The notes: generated from the sequence alone by a model not told the origin. A DNA stretch of 64,000 nt from Lama guanicoe (GCA_013239625.1 MU057332.1:8397001-8461000), one strand, 5' to 3'. Shown: positions 1 to 59,917, numbered from the stretch's first letter. A program made the numbers and translations.

Positions 1-239
1 ACACAGAGCCTCAGGCTGGGGCAGGAGGGGCTTCACTACTGTCACAATGTGACTCTGTTCCTGCTGGCCCTGAGTGCAGAAGTTGCTGGGTTTCTACTCA
101 GATGGCCAGGGAACCTTCCAAAGAACATGGCACCCACCCTCCTGCAGTTCCACCCTCTGATCTCTCAACAATTATTCCTCCTGTGTTATCCAGAACTCTC
201 CTACTGTGGCTGACCTTTGCTTCCTTGAGTGCTTGGTTC

Positions 240-345
240 ATACGCTGTAAGCTCCATGAGGACAGGAAGCTTGTCCCATGCTCTATACCATGTTCAAACA
301 ATGCCAGGCATAGAATAAATTCTCAATAAATATTTGTTGAATGAC
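240..345 (+). mobile_element. L2 LINE 3' end fragment
   Basis: CTGTAAGCTCCATGAGGACAGG...CTCAATAAATATTTGTTGAATGA matches the L2 3' terminus pattern. Confidence 0.65.
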
Positions 346-679
346 TGCACATATCTTGGCATCCCTACTGTCTGGCTCCTGGATGGGCACATAAGACGTG
401 CTTCATGAATGTTTGCCCAGTGAGTGGATGATAGGCAAGCTGCATGTCAGGTACACATGGGAAAGAGTCTCCAACTTCACCTCCAAACTCCTTCCCTGGC
501 CAATCACCTCTAACTTCCTTTCTGAGGGGAGAGAATTCACCTCTCAGCTTCCCCAAGGCACTGGCTTCTCACCCTCACTCAGTGAGAGAGTGGAGGGTCT
601 AGGGCCATCTACCTCTTTTCTATTGTACCCTTAGGCCTCCTGCCCCAGTGTTCCAAGGGGAACCCTCCCCAGAACTGAC

Positions 680-13590
<12,911 letters not shown>

Positions 13591-14029
13591 GATGACCCTG
13601 GGGCGGTGGGGGGGGGATTAGAGGTGGTAGGTGAGGGACAGGGAGTTGGCGTCCCCCCATGCCTACAGTTGGCACTTCTGGAGCTTTTAGAAGCATCACC
13701 AAGTCCACTCTTTAGGGCACTTAGCAGCCCTGCAGGCACTAACGCTGGTCGTCACTCTCCACCCCTGCGAAGAACTAAACCCCGACCACACACAGGAACC
13801 CAGGAAGCAAAAGTCCTCTGGGACTTGTCAGTCCCGGTCAGGACTTTAACATCCCAGATCCTGCACAAAGCCTCGAACCCCAACCCTTCAGAAACTGCTT
13901 CTCCTAGAGGAGACAGGAAAAGGAAAGTAGCTAGTGAGCTGGGAGCCCAGGACCTGCAGTCCCTCATACCCTACAGTGAATGCCTGTGCATGAATACCGG
14001 GGATGAGAAGATCAGACCCCAAGCTCCAG

Positions 14030-17999
<3,970 letters not shown>

Positions 18000-18187
18000 A
18001 AGGGACTCAATGTCGGATTCCTACTCTGCCTCCATCCCCTGTCCCCTGCAGGCCGGGCAGCAGTGCGCGCCAGGCCTGGGCCCGGAAAGCTCCGGGAGGA
18101 GCACTGCACTAGGGGCGCGGAGCGAGAGGCCAGTGGCCTCAGATGTGTCGCTTGCACCCGGGAAAGAGTCTCCCAGGGTGAGCTGTA

Positions 18188-18193
18188 AATAAA
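18188..18193 (+). terminator. DUOXA2 polyadenylation signal
   Basis: AATAAA ~190 nt after the stop, followed by a U/GU-rich tract (ttttgttttttg). Confidence 0.8.
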
Positions 18194-18554
18194 TTCTTAC
18201 GCCTTTTGTTTTTTGAAAACTTTCCCCCATTATTTTCCATAGCTTTTCAAGGCTGTTGGGGGATAGGCACTTTGGAGAGACCTCCCTGGGCTGGAGACAG
18301 CCTAGTACACTTTTTCTATGTTTTGTCATGGACACCGGTTTCTCCTTTTCTAAGGAGTCCAGAGTAACCCGCCAAGGGCTCTGGGAGAGGGTGCCCTCTA
18401 GTGAGCCCAGAGAGGAATCAATCTTTCTGAGCTGCCCCAGGTAGATGGTAGGTAGGGGACACCCACTCCCTATGGCCCAGTGGGATCCCCTCTGCTGGCT
18501 CAGCTGAGTGGGCTAGGAAGAAATGGAGTTTTGGAGCTTATTCACTAACTTCAG

Positions 18555-18560
18555 TTTATT
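18555..18560 (-). terminator. Probable DUOXA1 polyadenylation signal
   Basis: TTTATT on + (AATAAA on -), the first canonical hexamer I see after the DUOXA1 stop at 19243. Confidence 0.6.
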
Positions 18561-19242
18561 CACTAAAGGGGTGGTGTCTGATGACTAAGGTCGATGTCAG
18601 CAAGGCATAAAAATGTAAATCCTCGGATTTTTTTTCAGGTCGTTGGCAAGTCCTACAATCTTATTTGGCAAATTTGAGAACTGTAGCTCCAAGAGGATGT
18701 GGCACAGTCAGTTAATATTAGACCTGGGACAAGAAGTTTGGTTTCTTCTCCCTTGCAGTGCTTTCAATGCACTGAGAGATCACGCAAGCTGGGGAAGTAA
18801 AGGAAGAACAAAAGGGACCCAGGAAAAAGGAGCACAAGAGATGTAGGGGGATGAGAGGGACCGTAGGAGCATCACATTGTAACCCCCCACACACATATGT
18901 CATTATGTGGGCAAAGCTGGGTTTCAGTAAATGGCACCTCAAAGAGGCAAAGCATCAAAGGAGGGCAGGGTTGCTGTGCAGAAACAGGGGCAGCCTCTGC
19001 TGTGTCTTATCATGGCAAGAGGGCTTATGGGCAGCTCCAATGTCTGTTCAACACCTTAGGGATTTTTGTTATGTTTTGTTTTTGACATTAATAGGTAGAG
19101 CCTCTTTTTCTATTCTACCCACAGATTGGGCTGGGAGCCTGATACAGCCCATCCTGCCGGCAGTTCTAGTGGATTGGGGTGGGGGCGCTTCAGTGAAGTC
19201 TGGAGCCAGATGAAGTCCAAGTGGCCACCAGGGAGAAGAACC

Positions 19243-22200
19243 TTATAGGGCACAGTTGGGCTCTCTGGGGTGCTCCTCACATTGTGCCTTGGAGGAAGCC
19301 TCTGACAGAGGAATGTTCTGGGGCTCTGGACTCTCAGCTGTGGACCGATAGCGAGGGCTCAGGAATCCCCCTTCCTCAGGATTCCCCTCCGGTACAGCAT
19401 GCTCTCCGACACTCTGGCTGAATAAAACCTTCAGCCTGTGGGGCTGCATTCTGTGGGCCACCACCATGGCCAGGCCCAGCAGCACACAAAGCAGTCCTGG
19501 AAATGAGGCAACAAGCATCCTGCCTTAGTGATAGTAACACCCTCCCAAGTACATCTTCTCCTGAGAGCTTCAGAGCAACTCTAAGGGAGGCCTGGTGTCC
19601 CTCCTTCAGGGCACCTTGCGCTCAGAGAAGTGACTGACTTAGGGTCATGTGGTTGATGTGGCTCTGTTCTGAGTTTTTGGACTCTAAATCCAGTGTTCTT
19701 TCAGTTACATCACAGGAGAGAGAGAGGGAGAGAGAGAACTCTGAAAACAGAGAAACCTTGGGGGAAGGGCAGGACACCAAGGAAGAGGCCTAAGAAAGGG
19801 CATGAAGGGACAGACACAGTGGGACAGGAGAGGAGCATAAAAATGCAGGGCAATTTAAGGCTAGATGAGGCAGGAGAGAAGAATTCTAGGAATAGGGGAC
19901 ACAGAGGAGTGTTTGAGGGAAGAGGAAGGGGACATGAGATGGAGGATCTGGGAAAGAGCTGGGTGGAGAGAGAGGAGATAAGGGATATGACTCAGGGGAG
20001 TAGGCCTATATGAGGAGGGAGGGGCTGTGGGACGGAGGAGGGGAAACCCAGAGATGAGGGATATAAGAGGGAGGGGGCTTTAAAGCAGGGAAAGGTATCC
20101 TGGCCCCCAGAGGCAGACCCTCAACCCCATCCACATGATGGGCCCTGGCCCTGACCCTGACCCTCCGATACCTGTCTTCAGGGCTGGGCCTCACCTGTGG
20201 TCAGTGTGATCCAGAAGGCAGGCCCACGGTGAGTGTGCAGCATAGCGGAGCCCAGGCGCAGGGGACAGGGTGGGGTGAGTGACGTGGCCATGGAGAAGAA
20301 GAACAGTCCCAACAGCTGGAAGATGCCTGTGGCCAGCAGCATGTGGCTGCCATAGACCAGCACGGGCATGGACAGCATCACGTTGGCCAGCAGCCAGCAG
20401 AGGAATGCCACCCTGCCACCAGAGGAAGAGCCAGGACCTGGTAAAGGCTATCACAGGCACCTCTACCTTGTTTGGGGTGAACCTTTACTTGAGGGGCCCA
20501 GGTGGAGGATCAGGGACCCAAGGACACCCCAAAGAGGTGAGGTAGGGATTCCTGCCTGTGGGCTCCCCAACCACCATGGTGACTGGTGCCAGACTATTAC
20601 ACCAGGGATTTCCATTTGAGAGGAGGAGGGATGGCTAGAAACCCCATTCCTTGGTCTAGGCCAGCAGAGCCTCTGTCCCACCCTCACCACAGTGTGGCCG
20701 AGGTGTAGTGTCCTGCCAGGCGGTACTGGCCATGCAGGCCACATGGGCTGTTTGGACTGAACTTCTCAGCCAGGTAGAGCACGGGGTCTGGCAGCCCCTT
20801 CTCCAGTGCCTCTGCATACTCCTCAGCGTAGTTCTCCCCCAGGTGCCAGGTGAACTCCTCGTTGTAATTGATGGTCTCGTTCAGCTGCTGCACTGGGGTC
20901 CCTGGGGAATGGGGCAGCTGTGCTCAGCAGGGACCCAAGGGCCAGGGTGGATATCTGCCTGAGTAGAGGCTTACCGTGCTGGGAAGAGGTACAGGTGCTG
21001 GTCTCAAAGAGACTTCCCCTTCCTACCATCACCCCATCCTGTAACTCTTTAGACCGCACCAAACGTAGATCCCAAAGACACAGAGCAGAGCTTCTTCTCC
21101 CTCACATTGAGCTTCCCCTCACCTGTGAGCGTGATGTTGATTCCTCCCAGCCCAATCTGCAGCCCCACATCAGCGCTGATCCATTCCGAACTGAAGGCCT
21201 TGTATGACATGTTGGTGCTGACCTGGCCCACAGACCACTCAGAACTGAAATTCGCAGCTAGGGTTGGGGAATTGAACATACAGGAACTTAGGGAGGTCTG
21301 GGCTTGGCTGGGTTAGAGTCAGAGCTACAAGTGGACTATGTCTGTTTTGCTTATAATCGTACATCCATTAACTAGCCCACGGCCTGGCTCATAGCCAGTT
21401 TACCAGCAATATAGATGGGATGGATAAATAAATAAATGGGTCAGAATCCAAGATTTTTCCTGGTCATACTCCTCTTACCCCTTCCCTCCCTTCCTCCCCC
21501 CATTTAGGGATAGGTACTCAAGCAGCTGGGGGGAGAAAGCATTAGCATAATAAACCATGCTGGGCAAGCACAGATAGCTCCAACACAGGGACTTTCTCTT
21601 TCTCCTATTGCCTAATCCCCACAGCAAAACAAGCAGCCCTCCACCATTCTCTCCCTCTAGCCTCCAGAGATCCTTTCCCCCTACACATTCATTTTTGATC
21701 TGCTTTCCTCTGAATAAAAGTGTTAGGAAGGTTGGAGAGATGCATCCAGCATGGTTTTCTGGGTCTGCACCTCCCAGGGCAAAGGTATCAGTGAGGGAAT
21801 AAGGCCTCGATGAGGGAGGTGTATGCGTAGGGTCTGGACGCCCACCCTGAGGCAGCAGCTGCCACGGGGAAATGAGAGAGGAGAGATCAGCTGCTGGGGG
21901 AAGCAAACTGGATGGAGGCAGCTGCAACTCACACTCACCAAGGATCACAGTTCCGATGAATAAGCTGGTCACCACCCGCAGCATCCAGAACAGCCTCTGC
22001 GTCACAGGGTGGGTGGGTTTAGGATTGGGCTTCCAAGTCTACCCTTTCTCTTTCCAGACTCAGGGAGAGTACCCTGAAACTGAGGTCTCTAAAACTGAGA
22101 TCAAAGTGCCTGGCCCATAGGAGATATGCAATAATTATCTGCTGAATCCATGAGTGGGGAGCTCTCTGCTGAGGCTGGAGGAGGGGATCAGGGCATGGGT

Positions 22201-22485
22201 GACACTTTCTCAGGACTAGAATCTCTTAACTGAGTCTGATCAGAATCAGAAGGTCTGGCCCCCTCACATAGATCCTAAGGTCTCTCTGGGGCTGGGGACT
22301 CCAGGGCTGGGGTCTCTAGGGCTGGTTCTGTTTCTCACCATCTTTCCCCGAATGCCTGGCAGGATGATGATGAAGATGATTAGTGAAGTCAGAAAGATGG
22401 CGATGATTACAGCCAAGGTGGTGTCCATTGGGAAGGTCGGCTTGGGGCCAGCATAGAAGGGGAATGTGTGTCCAAAAGCGGCCAT
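19243..22485 (-). CDS. DUOXA1: Dual oxidase maturation factor 1, 341 aa, complete coding exons
   Basis: Exons 22485-22339, 21996-21939, 21257-21123, 20901-20688, 20412-20195, 19496-19243 (1026 nt). Exon sizes 147/58/135/214 mirror DUOXA2. Starts [22 protein letters not shown], ends PNCAL-TAA. Non-coding 5' exons presumably start in the ~28.8 kb CpG island. Confidence 0.96.
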
Positions 22486-23609
22486 TTTGATGGGGTTGTG
22501 CAGAGGAGGCGGATGCTGTATAACCGTAGGTGTTTATCGACTGCCCTCGTGTGTCAGGCACTGTCCTTGGTGCTGGAGATATAGCAGACAATAAACCAGA
22601 CCCCTCTTCTCTGGAGCTCTCCAGACTCCACTGTTACGACCATTCCACTGCCCCTCAGCCAACCATCTCCCCATGTTTTAGCTATGAGAGACTGAGGGTC
22701 TTGGCAATCAGTCTCTGTCACCCCATGCTCCCTTCCTAGCCCTCAGTTCCCCTAAATCAGTGCCATCATTACCCTCGAGGCTTCTTGACTTCCTTTGGGA
22801 CTGTCTTAAGAAATATAACTCTCTTTTATCTCCTCAGGCCTCTGGCACAATCAGACAGATCACAGAACATAAAAAGAGCTATATTTACTATCAAGGGAAG
22901 GCCTAAGGGTGAAAGATGGCACAGATTACAAAAAGATTGGCTTTTCTCCTTAGTCCCTAAAGGAACAAAGGCCATACAGCTCTGCTAAGTACGTCAGCAT
23001 CTGGCTGATTCCCAGGCCTAGCATTGCCCACACTGGTCAGACCAGCTTTCTCGAGCCCCCTGGCTCCTGCTCTTGCAAATCCAGAGCAATCAAGCTGAAC
23101 TGAGCTCACTTCAATAAGCACTGAAGGAGCCCCTGCCCTCCACCAGGCACTGTGCCGGAGCCAGATGTCCTTCTACCCATACATCATCAACAGCGGCCTG
23201 CCTCCTTCTTTTAAGTTCCTAGGCCTCATTTCAGCTCAAACCCTGCCTTAGCTCTTTTCTGTCTATCCCCCGATCTCAGAGCTAGTTTGGCTCCAGTTTG
23301 TCCCTTTGCAGACAGGATGTTGGGAAAAATGGCACCTGAATTTATTGTGTTTTATTAAATCCAGACAGAATGGATTGGAAAACATGCTATTATTTTATGT
23401 ACTACAAAGAAAGAAAGAAAAAAACCCACCGCCAATTAAACCACAACAGCCATTGCTGGTAAGACACATCTCAATTTCATAGATATCAAAATGTGAAAAA
23501 AATGCACCTTATAATCAATGAACTCAGCTCTTCATTTTCCTGTGTATGATCTGTACTGGGGCCTTGGTACCCAAGAGGCTCCATAATCTAGTCTGACCAG
23601 GTAGTGTCT

Positions 23610-23840
23610 CATTAAGTGATACAGTGAAAAAATAAGCTTGGGAGTTAAGCAGCTCTGGATTTGAATTCTGCCTTTGCCTCTGCCTCTTGCAAGTTACAAG
23701 ATCTCAGTAGAGACTTAGTTTAACTTTAAAAATAGGGATGATGATAACGTCTACCTATGTCATAGGGTCATTGTGAGTATGAAGTGAGATTGTGCCTGTA
23801 AAGTGTTAAGAATACCTGAAACACAGTGATGTTAATAAAT
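23610..23840 (+). mobile_element. MIR SINE
   Basis: GGATTTGAATTCTGCCT...TAAAAATAGGGATGATGATA...TGAAGTGAGAT..TGTAAAGTG. Confidence 0.6.
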
Positions 23841-24299
23841 GGAAGCTACCAGATTGGGAAGGAGGGGGCATTTCATTACTCCATTTATCTCTTTTGCCAA
23901 TCCTTCTTGGAGGGAACCCCAGGTTGGAATAAGTTCTGGGTCTAGTTCCAGTTCTTCACTGATTGTATAACTGGACAGGCAAATGACAACCTCCCTGTTT
24001 CCTGGCTTCCTTCTCTGCAGTTGAGTATGATGATCTCCAGGTCCCATTCCAGTTCTACATTCTGTGAATATGGTTGCTACACGGGAGCTCCCAGGCTCCC
24101 CCTCTCCTCCTAGGCTGGCCACCTCCTGGTGCTATTTTTGGGGATAGCATGGTATCAGGCTGAGGCAAAGGGACAGACAGTTTAAACTTTCAGTTCTGTC
24201 TTTTGGGTAAGTCAGATAATATCTGAGTCTCATTTTTAACATGAAGTTTTGCTTTTTTCTTTACTTTTCAACTCTCCCATCCTAGAGAAATGGGTTATC

Positions 24300-25705
24300 T
24301 CTTTTCCTCTTGGGCTCTGACCTCACTCCTGACTTCACCATCACCTTTCTCATCAGTTATCCCCCTTTCTTTTGGTGACTTTCCAGCTTCTCTTTCTCTG
24401 CTGACTCCTTCTCTCAAGGCTGTGCTTAAATTTCTCCTGTCTTAAGAACACACACCAAAAAGGGACTCTTACCCTTGACCTTTTGGGTCCCCTACAGCTA
24501 CTACCTTATCCCACTCTAACCCTTTCACAGCCAGGCTGTTTGGAAGAATAGTCTATGTATTTCCACTGCCTTATCTCCTCAACCGAATGAATCTGGCTCC
24601 TCCTCATCCTCAACTTCTCCATTAGGTTACCAAGTGCTAAATCTGAAGGGAAACTTTTGCTTTTCATCATTCTTGATCTCTCTGTGGTATTTCCTCTTTC
24701 TTTAGACTTCCTCCCTGGACTTCCACGACATCATGTTTTCCTGGGCCTCCTGCCTTTGGCCATCCCTTCTATGGGCCCTTGGCTAGTTCTTCCACCCCTC
24801 TTAAATGTATATGCTCCCCTGGATTCTGTCTTGGTTCTCTTTTTCTAGCACTCTTTGTGATTCCCTATGCAGGCTCATCCATTCCCATGGCCGATGCTTA
24901 AATCTATGTCTCCACACAGACCTACCTGGGCTCCAAACACAAAAGGGCCAGTTATTCTGTGACATTTTCACTTGGCTGTTCCCGGATGCCTCAAATTAGA
25001 CACGTCGCAAACTGAATTCACTGTCTCCACTCTGCTTTTTATTCTGCTTTCTTTGTCTCTTCGATGGCATCACCACCAATTCAATCAAACAACCCAGAGA
25101 CCTGGACCATCTAACCTCCTAAATATTTCTCGAAACCATCCATGCATTTCCTTCCTTACCTCACCCTATCTTGCTTGGTGCCAGAACAATTTTTTTAACA
25201 AGCAAATATAATCATTTCACTTCCTTGCTCTGGGTTAAATCTGATCTTCTCACTATCACACGCAAAGTCCTTTGTGATCTAGTCTCACCTACACTTCCAT
25301 CTCCATCTTTTGCCCAGTCTAATCTCTAGCGCTACTTAACTACTGGCCTCTCCCAGAATCTGACATGCCCTTTCAAGCCTTCATGCCTTTGTATATGCTA
25401 TTTCCTCTGCCTGGAATGGTCTTACTCCCTTGGCAAAATCCTCTTTACCCTTCAAGTCTCAGCTCGTGTTTCCTCCTCTGATGTCACTGCGCCAGTATGG
25501 ATGTTTCTACCTCTAATGTTCTGATTGCATTTTGAACATACCTCCATAATCACAGTAGTCACAGTAGTGTACTCTAATTGTTGGAACATTGAGAACCCAT
25601 TAGCTCTAACTTCCTTAAGGGTGAGAGCTTTGTCTTCCCATCTTTGTATCCCCTACATGCAGCATATACTTACTAATCAGTCTGTGGATGAAATAGATGA
25701 ATATA
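24300..25705 (+). mobile_element. Degraded L2 LINE
   Basis: Pyrimidine-rich decayed sequence with L2-type segments (TTCCTCTGCCTGGAATG, CCTTCAAGTCTCAGCTC, terminal GATGAAATAGATGAA). Limits approximate. Confidence 0.55.
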
Positions 25706-28389
25706 TGAGTAAGTCCCTCTCCCTGCAGGTGGCATCTACTGTTTTGCACACAAGAGGGAGCTATGTTCCCTCATTGCCCTATACGATGCTTATTCAATGT
25801 TAACTGAGTATCACCAACAAAGGGCTAAGGACTGGGCAGGAAGGGATTTTTAGTGTTGTCAATTTTTAGTGCTTTCACAGAATTTTCAGAAAGCCTCTTC
25901 CAATAGTTGGAGACTCCAAAACATGAATGGTCATGTTTAATTGAATCTGAAACATACATTTCAACTCTAGCTGAAAATGAGTTAGAATTTGTGGATTAAA
26001 TTATTTTGTAAAATATGTGATAGTGATGCTTATTTTAAAGCAGATGTTTATTGGTCTAAGAATTTTCTTTATTTGTGACACCTAGACTGAAGCTATTATA
26101 ATGTTGATGGAAAACTATGTTTTAAGGAAAGGCTATAAAATGTAGAATATCTTGGTTATTAAAATAGGAAGATAAAGCAAGTTTGAATACATAGTATTCA
26201 AGTAAGAGTACATGTTATATGCTGGAATCTCAAAAACAAATAAAAATAAAAGCAAATAATAATGGTGTAATGTATTTTGGTCAGAGTCATATATTAGCAT
26301 TATTCCTGCATTTATTTGAAAGGAAGGTTATAAAACATTTTATAAGAATGGCTCATCCCTATTAACATGGTACTTCAAAGAAACACTAACAAAAGGCTTT
26401 CTGTACCTTAGGTCCAGAAGAACACTGTTAACTTATTCCCAGTTCTCCAAAATATTTATTAAAGATGACTAAAGCAAAGACTTGGTGAATAAAATTTGCC
26501 TTGTTTAATTCCTTCTTGTTCAATTTAACGAATTAGGTCTTCTGTAATATACATTGCCCAATTTATTTTTTATGACCCTGATCCTAATTTGGTTTTAATT
26601 ATTAAGCTAACAGGCCTCCTGCATGAAGAGGTAGGACTGAAATGAAAAGTCCCCACACCTAGCAATCTTGCTTTTCCTGTAACGTTTGTGATTTCCCTTG
26701 GGAACACCCCTCCCTGGCTTGCCAAGGAAGGTTTGACAGTAAAATTCTTTCTAATGTGAGAGAAATCTCCTGTTAATCTTCCCTAGCTGATAACCATGAT
26801 TGTTATGTGTACACAATGTACGTTGATATAAATAAGCACAAGATACAGTCAGACATACACCTATGGGTTCATAGAAATACAGACACAAGAAGGAAGGAGT
26901 TCCCAGTAACACAGACATCTAGACAAAAAGGCCCTCCATCAGAGGCCCCTGTGAGAAAATTGAGGCACTTTCTCACTGAGTGGGCCAAATCCCCACACTT
27001 TGGGGTCCTCCTTTCTTACTTGACCTGCAGAGACCTTTCTTACCTTCTCTTTCTGAACTCCCTTAAAATTGTAAAGCATTTCTCTTGATCAGTTGTTTCA
27101 GACACAGTAACCCATTCCTTACCTACCACAGGATGAAGTGAGGTTTCCCTGTGTGTGTGTATATGAGGGATGAGCAAGAAATAAAGTTACAGTCTTTAAG
27201 GAAATATAGCCTAGTATAAGCTCCAGACTTGCACATTCATAGTTCTTATGTGCTTTCTTAATGCTCCATTGCCTCTCTGGCAGCGTCACAAGAATTTCTT
27301 CTTGAAGTCTTCCCCTGAACTGCCTCCCTCTTCTGGAATCCATAAAGACTACTAACTCTTTACAAAGGGGGAGTGGGTGACTTGCCTGGAGTTGCCAAAG
27401 CTCTGATTGGTGATTCACAGGTACTAGAATGTGATGGTTTACTTCTCTGGTTGGGGTGGACCCCATTCAGTTTATATGGTTCTGGATGGCTGAGGGGACC
27501 CTGTCCATTCTCTTTTCTTCAAGAAGGTATGTGGGCATGTGTACATGTGTCTTTGCATTAAAGAAGGAGTTAAGTGGAGAAACAGAACAAGATCTGAAAA
27601 GTGGGTCGGCACAGGAATACCTAGTAAGGGCTGAGGTGGGTAGGGAGCCCAGGGGTGTCAAATCATGCCAGCCAAACTATCTAGGTTTCAGTTAAGCCGA
27701 GATAAGGATTCGATGTCTGTAAATCTTGAGGCCTTATTAAGTTGTGATTTTGTCTGTTTGTTGTTGCCTCTTCTTAGTTTCTCACCAGACTTTCTCTTTG
27801 AACTCCCACTTGATCTGAATTTGGTGTGGGTGGACGTAGGAAGTGCGCCCCTAAGGGCAGGGGCTGGGGCGGCACTTCAAGGACCACTCCAAAACCCCTG
27901 GACCACACCTACCCCAGCAACCGCATCCCTGCCCCTCAAACCCAGATCACTGTTTCCTACCTTCGCCTCTTCTATCAAATGTGTGCCTGGCATTCCACGC
28001 CAGTCGCTTCTCCTGGTGGAACCTCACACGCAACACTCCCAGGGGTAGGATAGAGAAGGAACCAGATCTGGACTTTCAGTAGTCAAAAGCGCACGCCCTT
28101 TCTCATGGCGGGGCTCCCTTCCAACCCCCACTCTTCTAGGCTATGACCGGACAAACCGGGTCCTGGATGCTTTCCCGCCCCCCCCACTCCCAAGTCGCTC
28201 TCAACCTTCCCAGACCGCACCCGAGGCTCTGTGGCGCTGCGCCTGCCCCCAGCTCCCCTCCCCTAGCCTGGGACAGAGAAGGGACGGGTACAAGAGAACT
28301 GGCCCCTCCGCAGCCATCCCTCTGACCCCTCCTTCTCCTTGCCCAGAACCCCAGGCAGTTTCAGCACAAACCTAGCGATGCAGTCAATC

Positions 28390-29150
28390 CGGGGTCCGGC
28401 GGGGCGCGGGCGGGTCTCGAAGGCGTTAAGACCCCCGAGATCTCACGAGGAACTCAGAGCAGGGGTTACCACAGACTCTTACGGGTCTTAGGACGCATGC
28501 CTTGCTCCGACGCTTGGCCTGGTCTGCGGGCGTTGACCATCCTCTTGGTCTTAGAGCCCAGTTCCGCCCGCGTGGAGGGGATGTGGGGAGAGCCTCCCCA
28601 GCCCCCTCCCCCCGTCTCCCCCGCTTCCGCCCTCTCCCCAGTCCCAGCCGACCTGTAGAAGCAGACTTGCCCTTTTCGCTGTCCACGCGGCCTCATTAGT
28701 CGAGCCTCGCCACCGACGGCACATCTACCCCACCTGCGCCCTGGGAGCCCGTGCCGTCTCACCTTGCGCGCCCGGGTCCCCTCGGAGCACCTCAGCGGTT
28801 CCCCGGCGCGCGGGCTCCTATCCCGCCCCACCCCGCCTCGCCCCGCCTCCCAGCTGGGGCGCGCCGTCCCCTCTTCACCCCCCAGCCCCGCCCGCCCCGG
28901 CGCAGAGCCTGAGAGGGACCCGGACCCGAGCGGGCGTCGCGGGCCCAGCGGAGAGCCAGGCGGGAGCCAATCGCAGTCGGCGCTGGAGGGACGCCGCGGC
29001 CTCAGGTCAGACCCAGGAGGGCTCTTCTGCCGGCGGGCCCGGCGCGCTCCGGGGGAGGTGACGGCGGTGGCGTGTGGCCCAGCTCCGCCACGTTTTTGAG
29101 GGAAGGGGAATTCTAGCTCTGGCCCCCCTGCGCCTCCGTTCGTAGCCCGA
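28390..29150. promoter_or_regulatory. CpG-island bidirectional DUOX1/DUOXA1 promoter with non-coding first exons
   Basis: CpG-dense, multiple GC boxes (CCGCCC), no TATA seen. Candidate DUOX1 exon 1 ~28900-29005 (CAG|GTCAGA) and candidate DUOXA1 exon 1 donor on - at 28763/28762 (AAG|GTGAGA). Confidence 0.75.
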
Positions 29151-30858
29151 GGCTAAAATGAGCTGTGTAAGGGCCTATCCTCCACCCCGCCAAGGTTTTG
29201 GAAGACTGGATTCTTCGGGAGCTGGGAATGTTGGGTGACCTACTTTGCTTGGGCCTAGGGGCTCTCTCTGGAGCTCCTCCTGCCGCATCATGCCAGGGAG
29301 AGAACTTCAGGACTTTACAGTCCAGGCTTTCCCCTTCAGCCCTCCCTTGGGACCACTCTAGGACTTTAAGCTGGAAAAACAGCCCTGTGGGGCAAGAACC
29401 AGGCAGCCTGTGTTCTCTACCTGGTCCTACCGCTACCTAGGGTTTCAATGTCCTGTCATGAGGTTGTGCTTTCTTTCAAGGTTTTGGGGAAGTTCCCAAC
29501 CAGTGTTGCTGTGTAAACGGTTGTCGTTACCTACCCAAAAGGAGTGGCTGTTAAGCATGTCCACATTCCCCTTTCGGTTGTCCCCACAGCCTGGCCTGAA
29601 AGCTCACCACATGCTTTTATTAGTTTCGTGGTACTGGGACTGGGGCCAAGAATCCTGAAGACACGGTGGTAGGGGAGAAAGGGCAAGACATCCTAGACCA
29701 GGGAAGGACCACTATGGCCACTTCAGCATGTCCAGCCTTAGGGCTTCAACCATCCAAAGCCCTGCACTTCACACACTATCAAAAGCTTGCCTCTGGACAG
29801 TCTCTGAGGTGGAGTGGCTGGAATGCTGAGCTTTTGAATTGTGACTGGGCCTAGGTTTTATTCATTTGTTTAATGGGAGATGGCAAGTGGGAAGGAGATC
29901 ATCCTCTGGGTTTCCTCTCTGTGACAACAACCTGTCCAGGAGCCCTGAGGGTTTGGCTAGAGATGAGGCTTTCCCTGAGCTCCCACCTTCCTCTACCAGA
30001 TAGTTCCCAGCTCTGCCCACCTTCAATCTCCACATTGCCTTTAGGAGGTCTTGGCTGGCCATAGGCATTCCTTGTGCCACTCAGGAGTCCCAGTCTGATT
30101 CCCCTGCTGCCTCTGTTTCCCTCTGTGAGGTGATTTGTTGGGCTGGGAGAGAGAGCAGGAAGCCAACACCAAGCACATGAACATCTGGGGCTGCATCCCT
30201 TCTGAGTCTGCTCAGGGGAGCCAAGCTTCAGACCACCCTCTCTGTATCACATTTACATAACACCTGTCAATTTTCTTGCTTTGAATTCAACCTCATTCTC
30301 ACATTTGATTCTGGCAACTAGGCTAGGAGGTAGACAGGCAAGTTCACTCCCATAGTTCAGGCAGATTTACTCCCATAGCTGGAAGAGGAACCCAAGGTCC
30401 AGTCCAGATAAATGACCTGCCTAAGATCATACTAGTGGGCTGGCAGCAGTGCATCATCCTGGCCTTAGAACCCAGTGTTCTAGCCCCCAAGCAAGGCTCT
30501 GTCCAAGGAACACACACTGCAGGAAACTGGGCCAAAGCAAGGTTTTCAGTTAATCTTAGAAGTAAAGTCCAGGAAGGCAGGGATTTCTGCCTGCTTTGTT
30601 TATCAATGCCCAGTATGTAGTGGGTGCTTATCAACTGTTTGTTAAATGAATAAAAGATTCTTGAGAGAGATTAAGTCTCCTGCTATTTGCTACACACTGA
30701 GGCCTGGGCCTAGCCACGTGTCTTGATTCATAGGGGCCTCCAGAGGCCCTGGCCTGATTCTCCCGAACTGCTGGAGCTCATTCTCTCTGTCCTTTGTCTT
30801 TTTCTAGGGTCTTCATTTTAGAGTGTTCTAACACCTGAGCCCTATTAACATTTTCATC

Positions 30859-59611
<28,753 letters not shown>

Positions 59612-59915
59612 GCCTCCTGCCCAGGGGCTCCGCCCACCACCCAGCTGAGAGGTTTGGGCCCACACTTCACCTCTGTACTTCCTGTTTCTGGCTCCTTCAA
59701 CCATCTTCCCATTCCCACCTCCCAACTTAGGTTCAGGTGACCATGGACAGTAACTCCATGTGGGTTCAGGGGCTCCCAGGCCCAGAATGTCTTAGTCTGG
59801 AGAAATGGGAGGGGGCTAGAGGTTGGGAGGCAGGAGAGCTATTATTGCTTTGGGGCAGAGTGACACCTCTTTTTCCAAAATAGGAAAAAAAACTCAAAAG
59901 GCTGGAGCTGACAAA

Positions 59916-59917
<2 letters not shown>

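Noticed and set aside
25850-27800. AT-rich block, possibly DNA transposon or LTR relics or DUOXA1 5' UTR exons
   Set aside because: Could not assign family or boundaries by eye. Needs RepeatMasker and RNA-seq.
28967-28971. CCAAT box in the DUOX1 promoter
   Set aside because: Probably lies inside the transcribed non-coding exon 1 rather than upstream of it.
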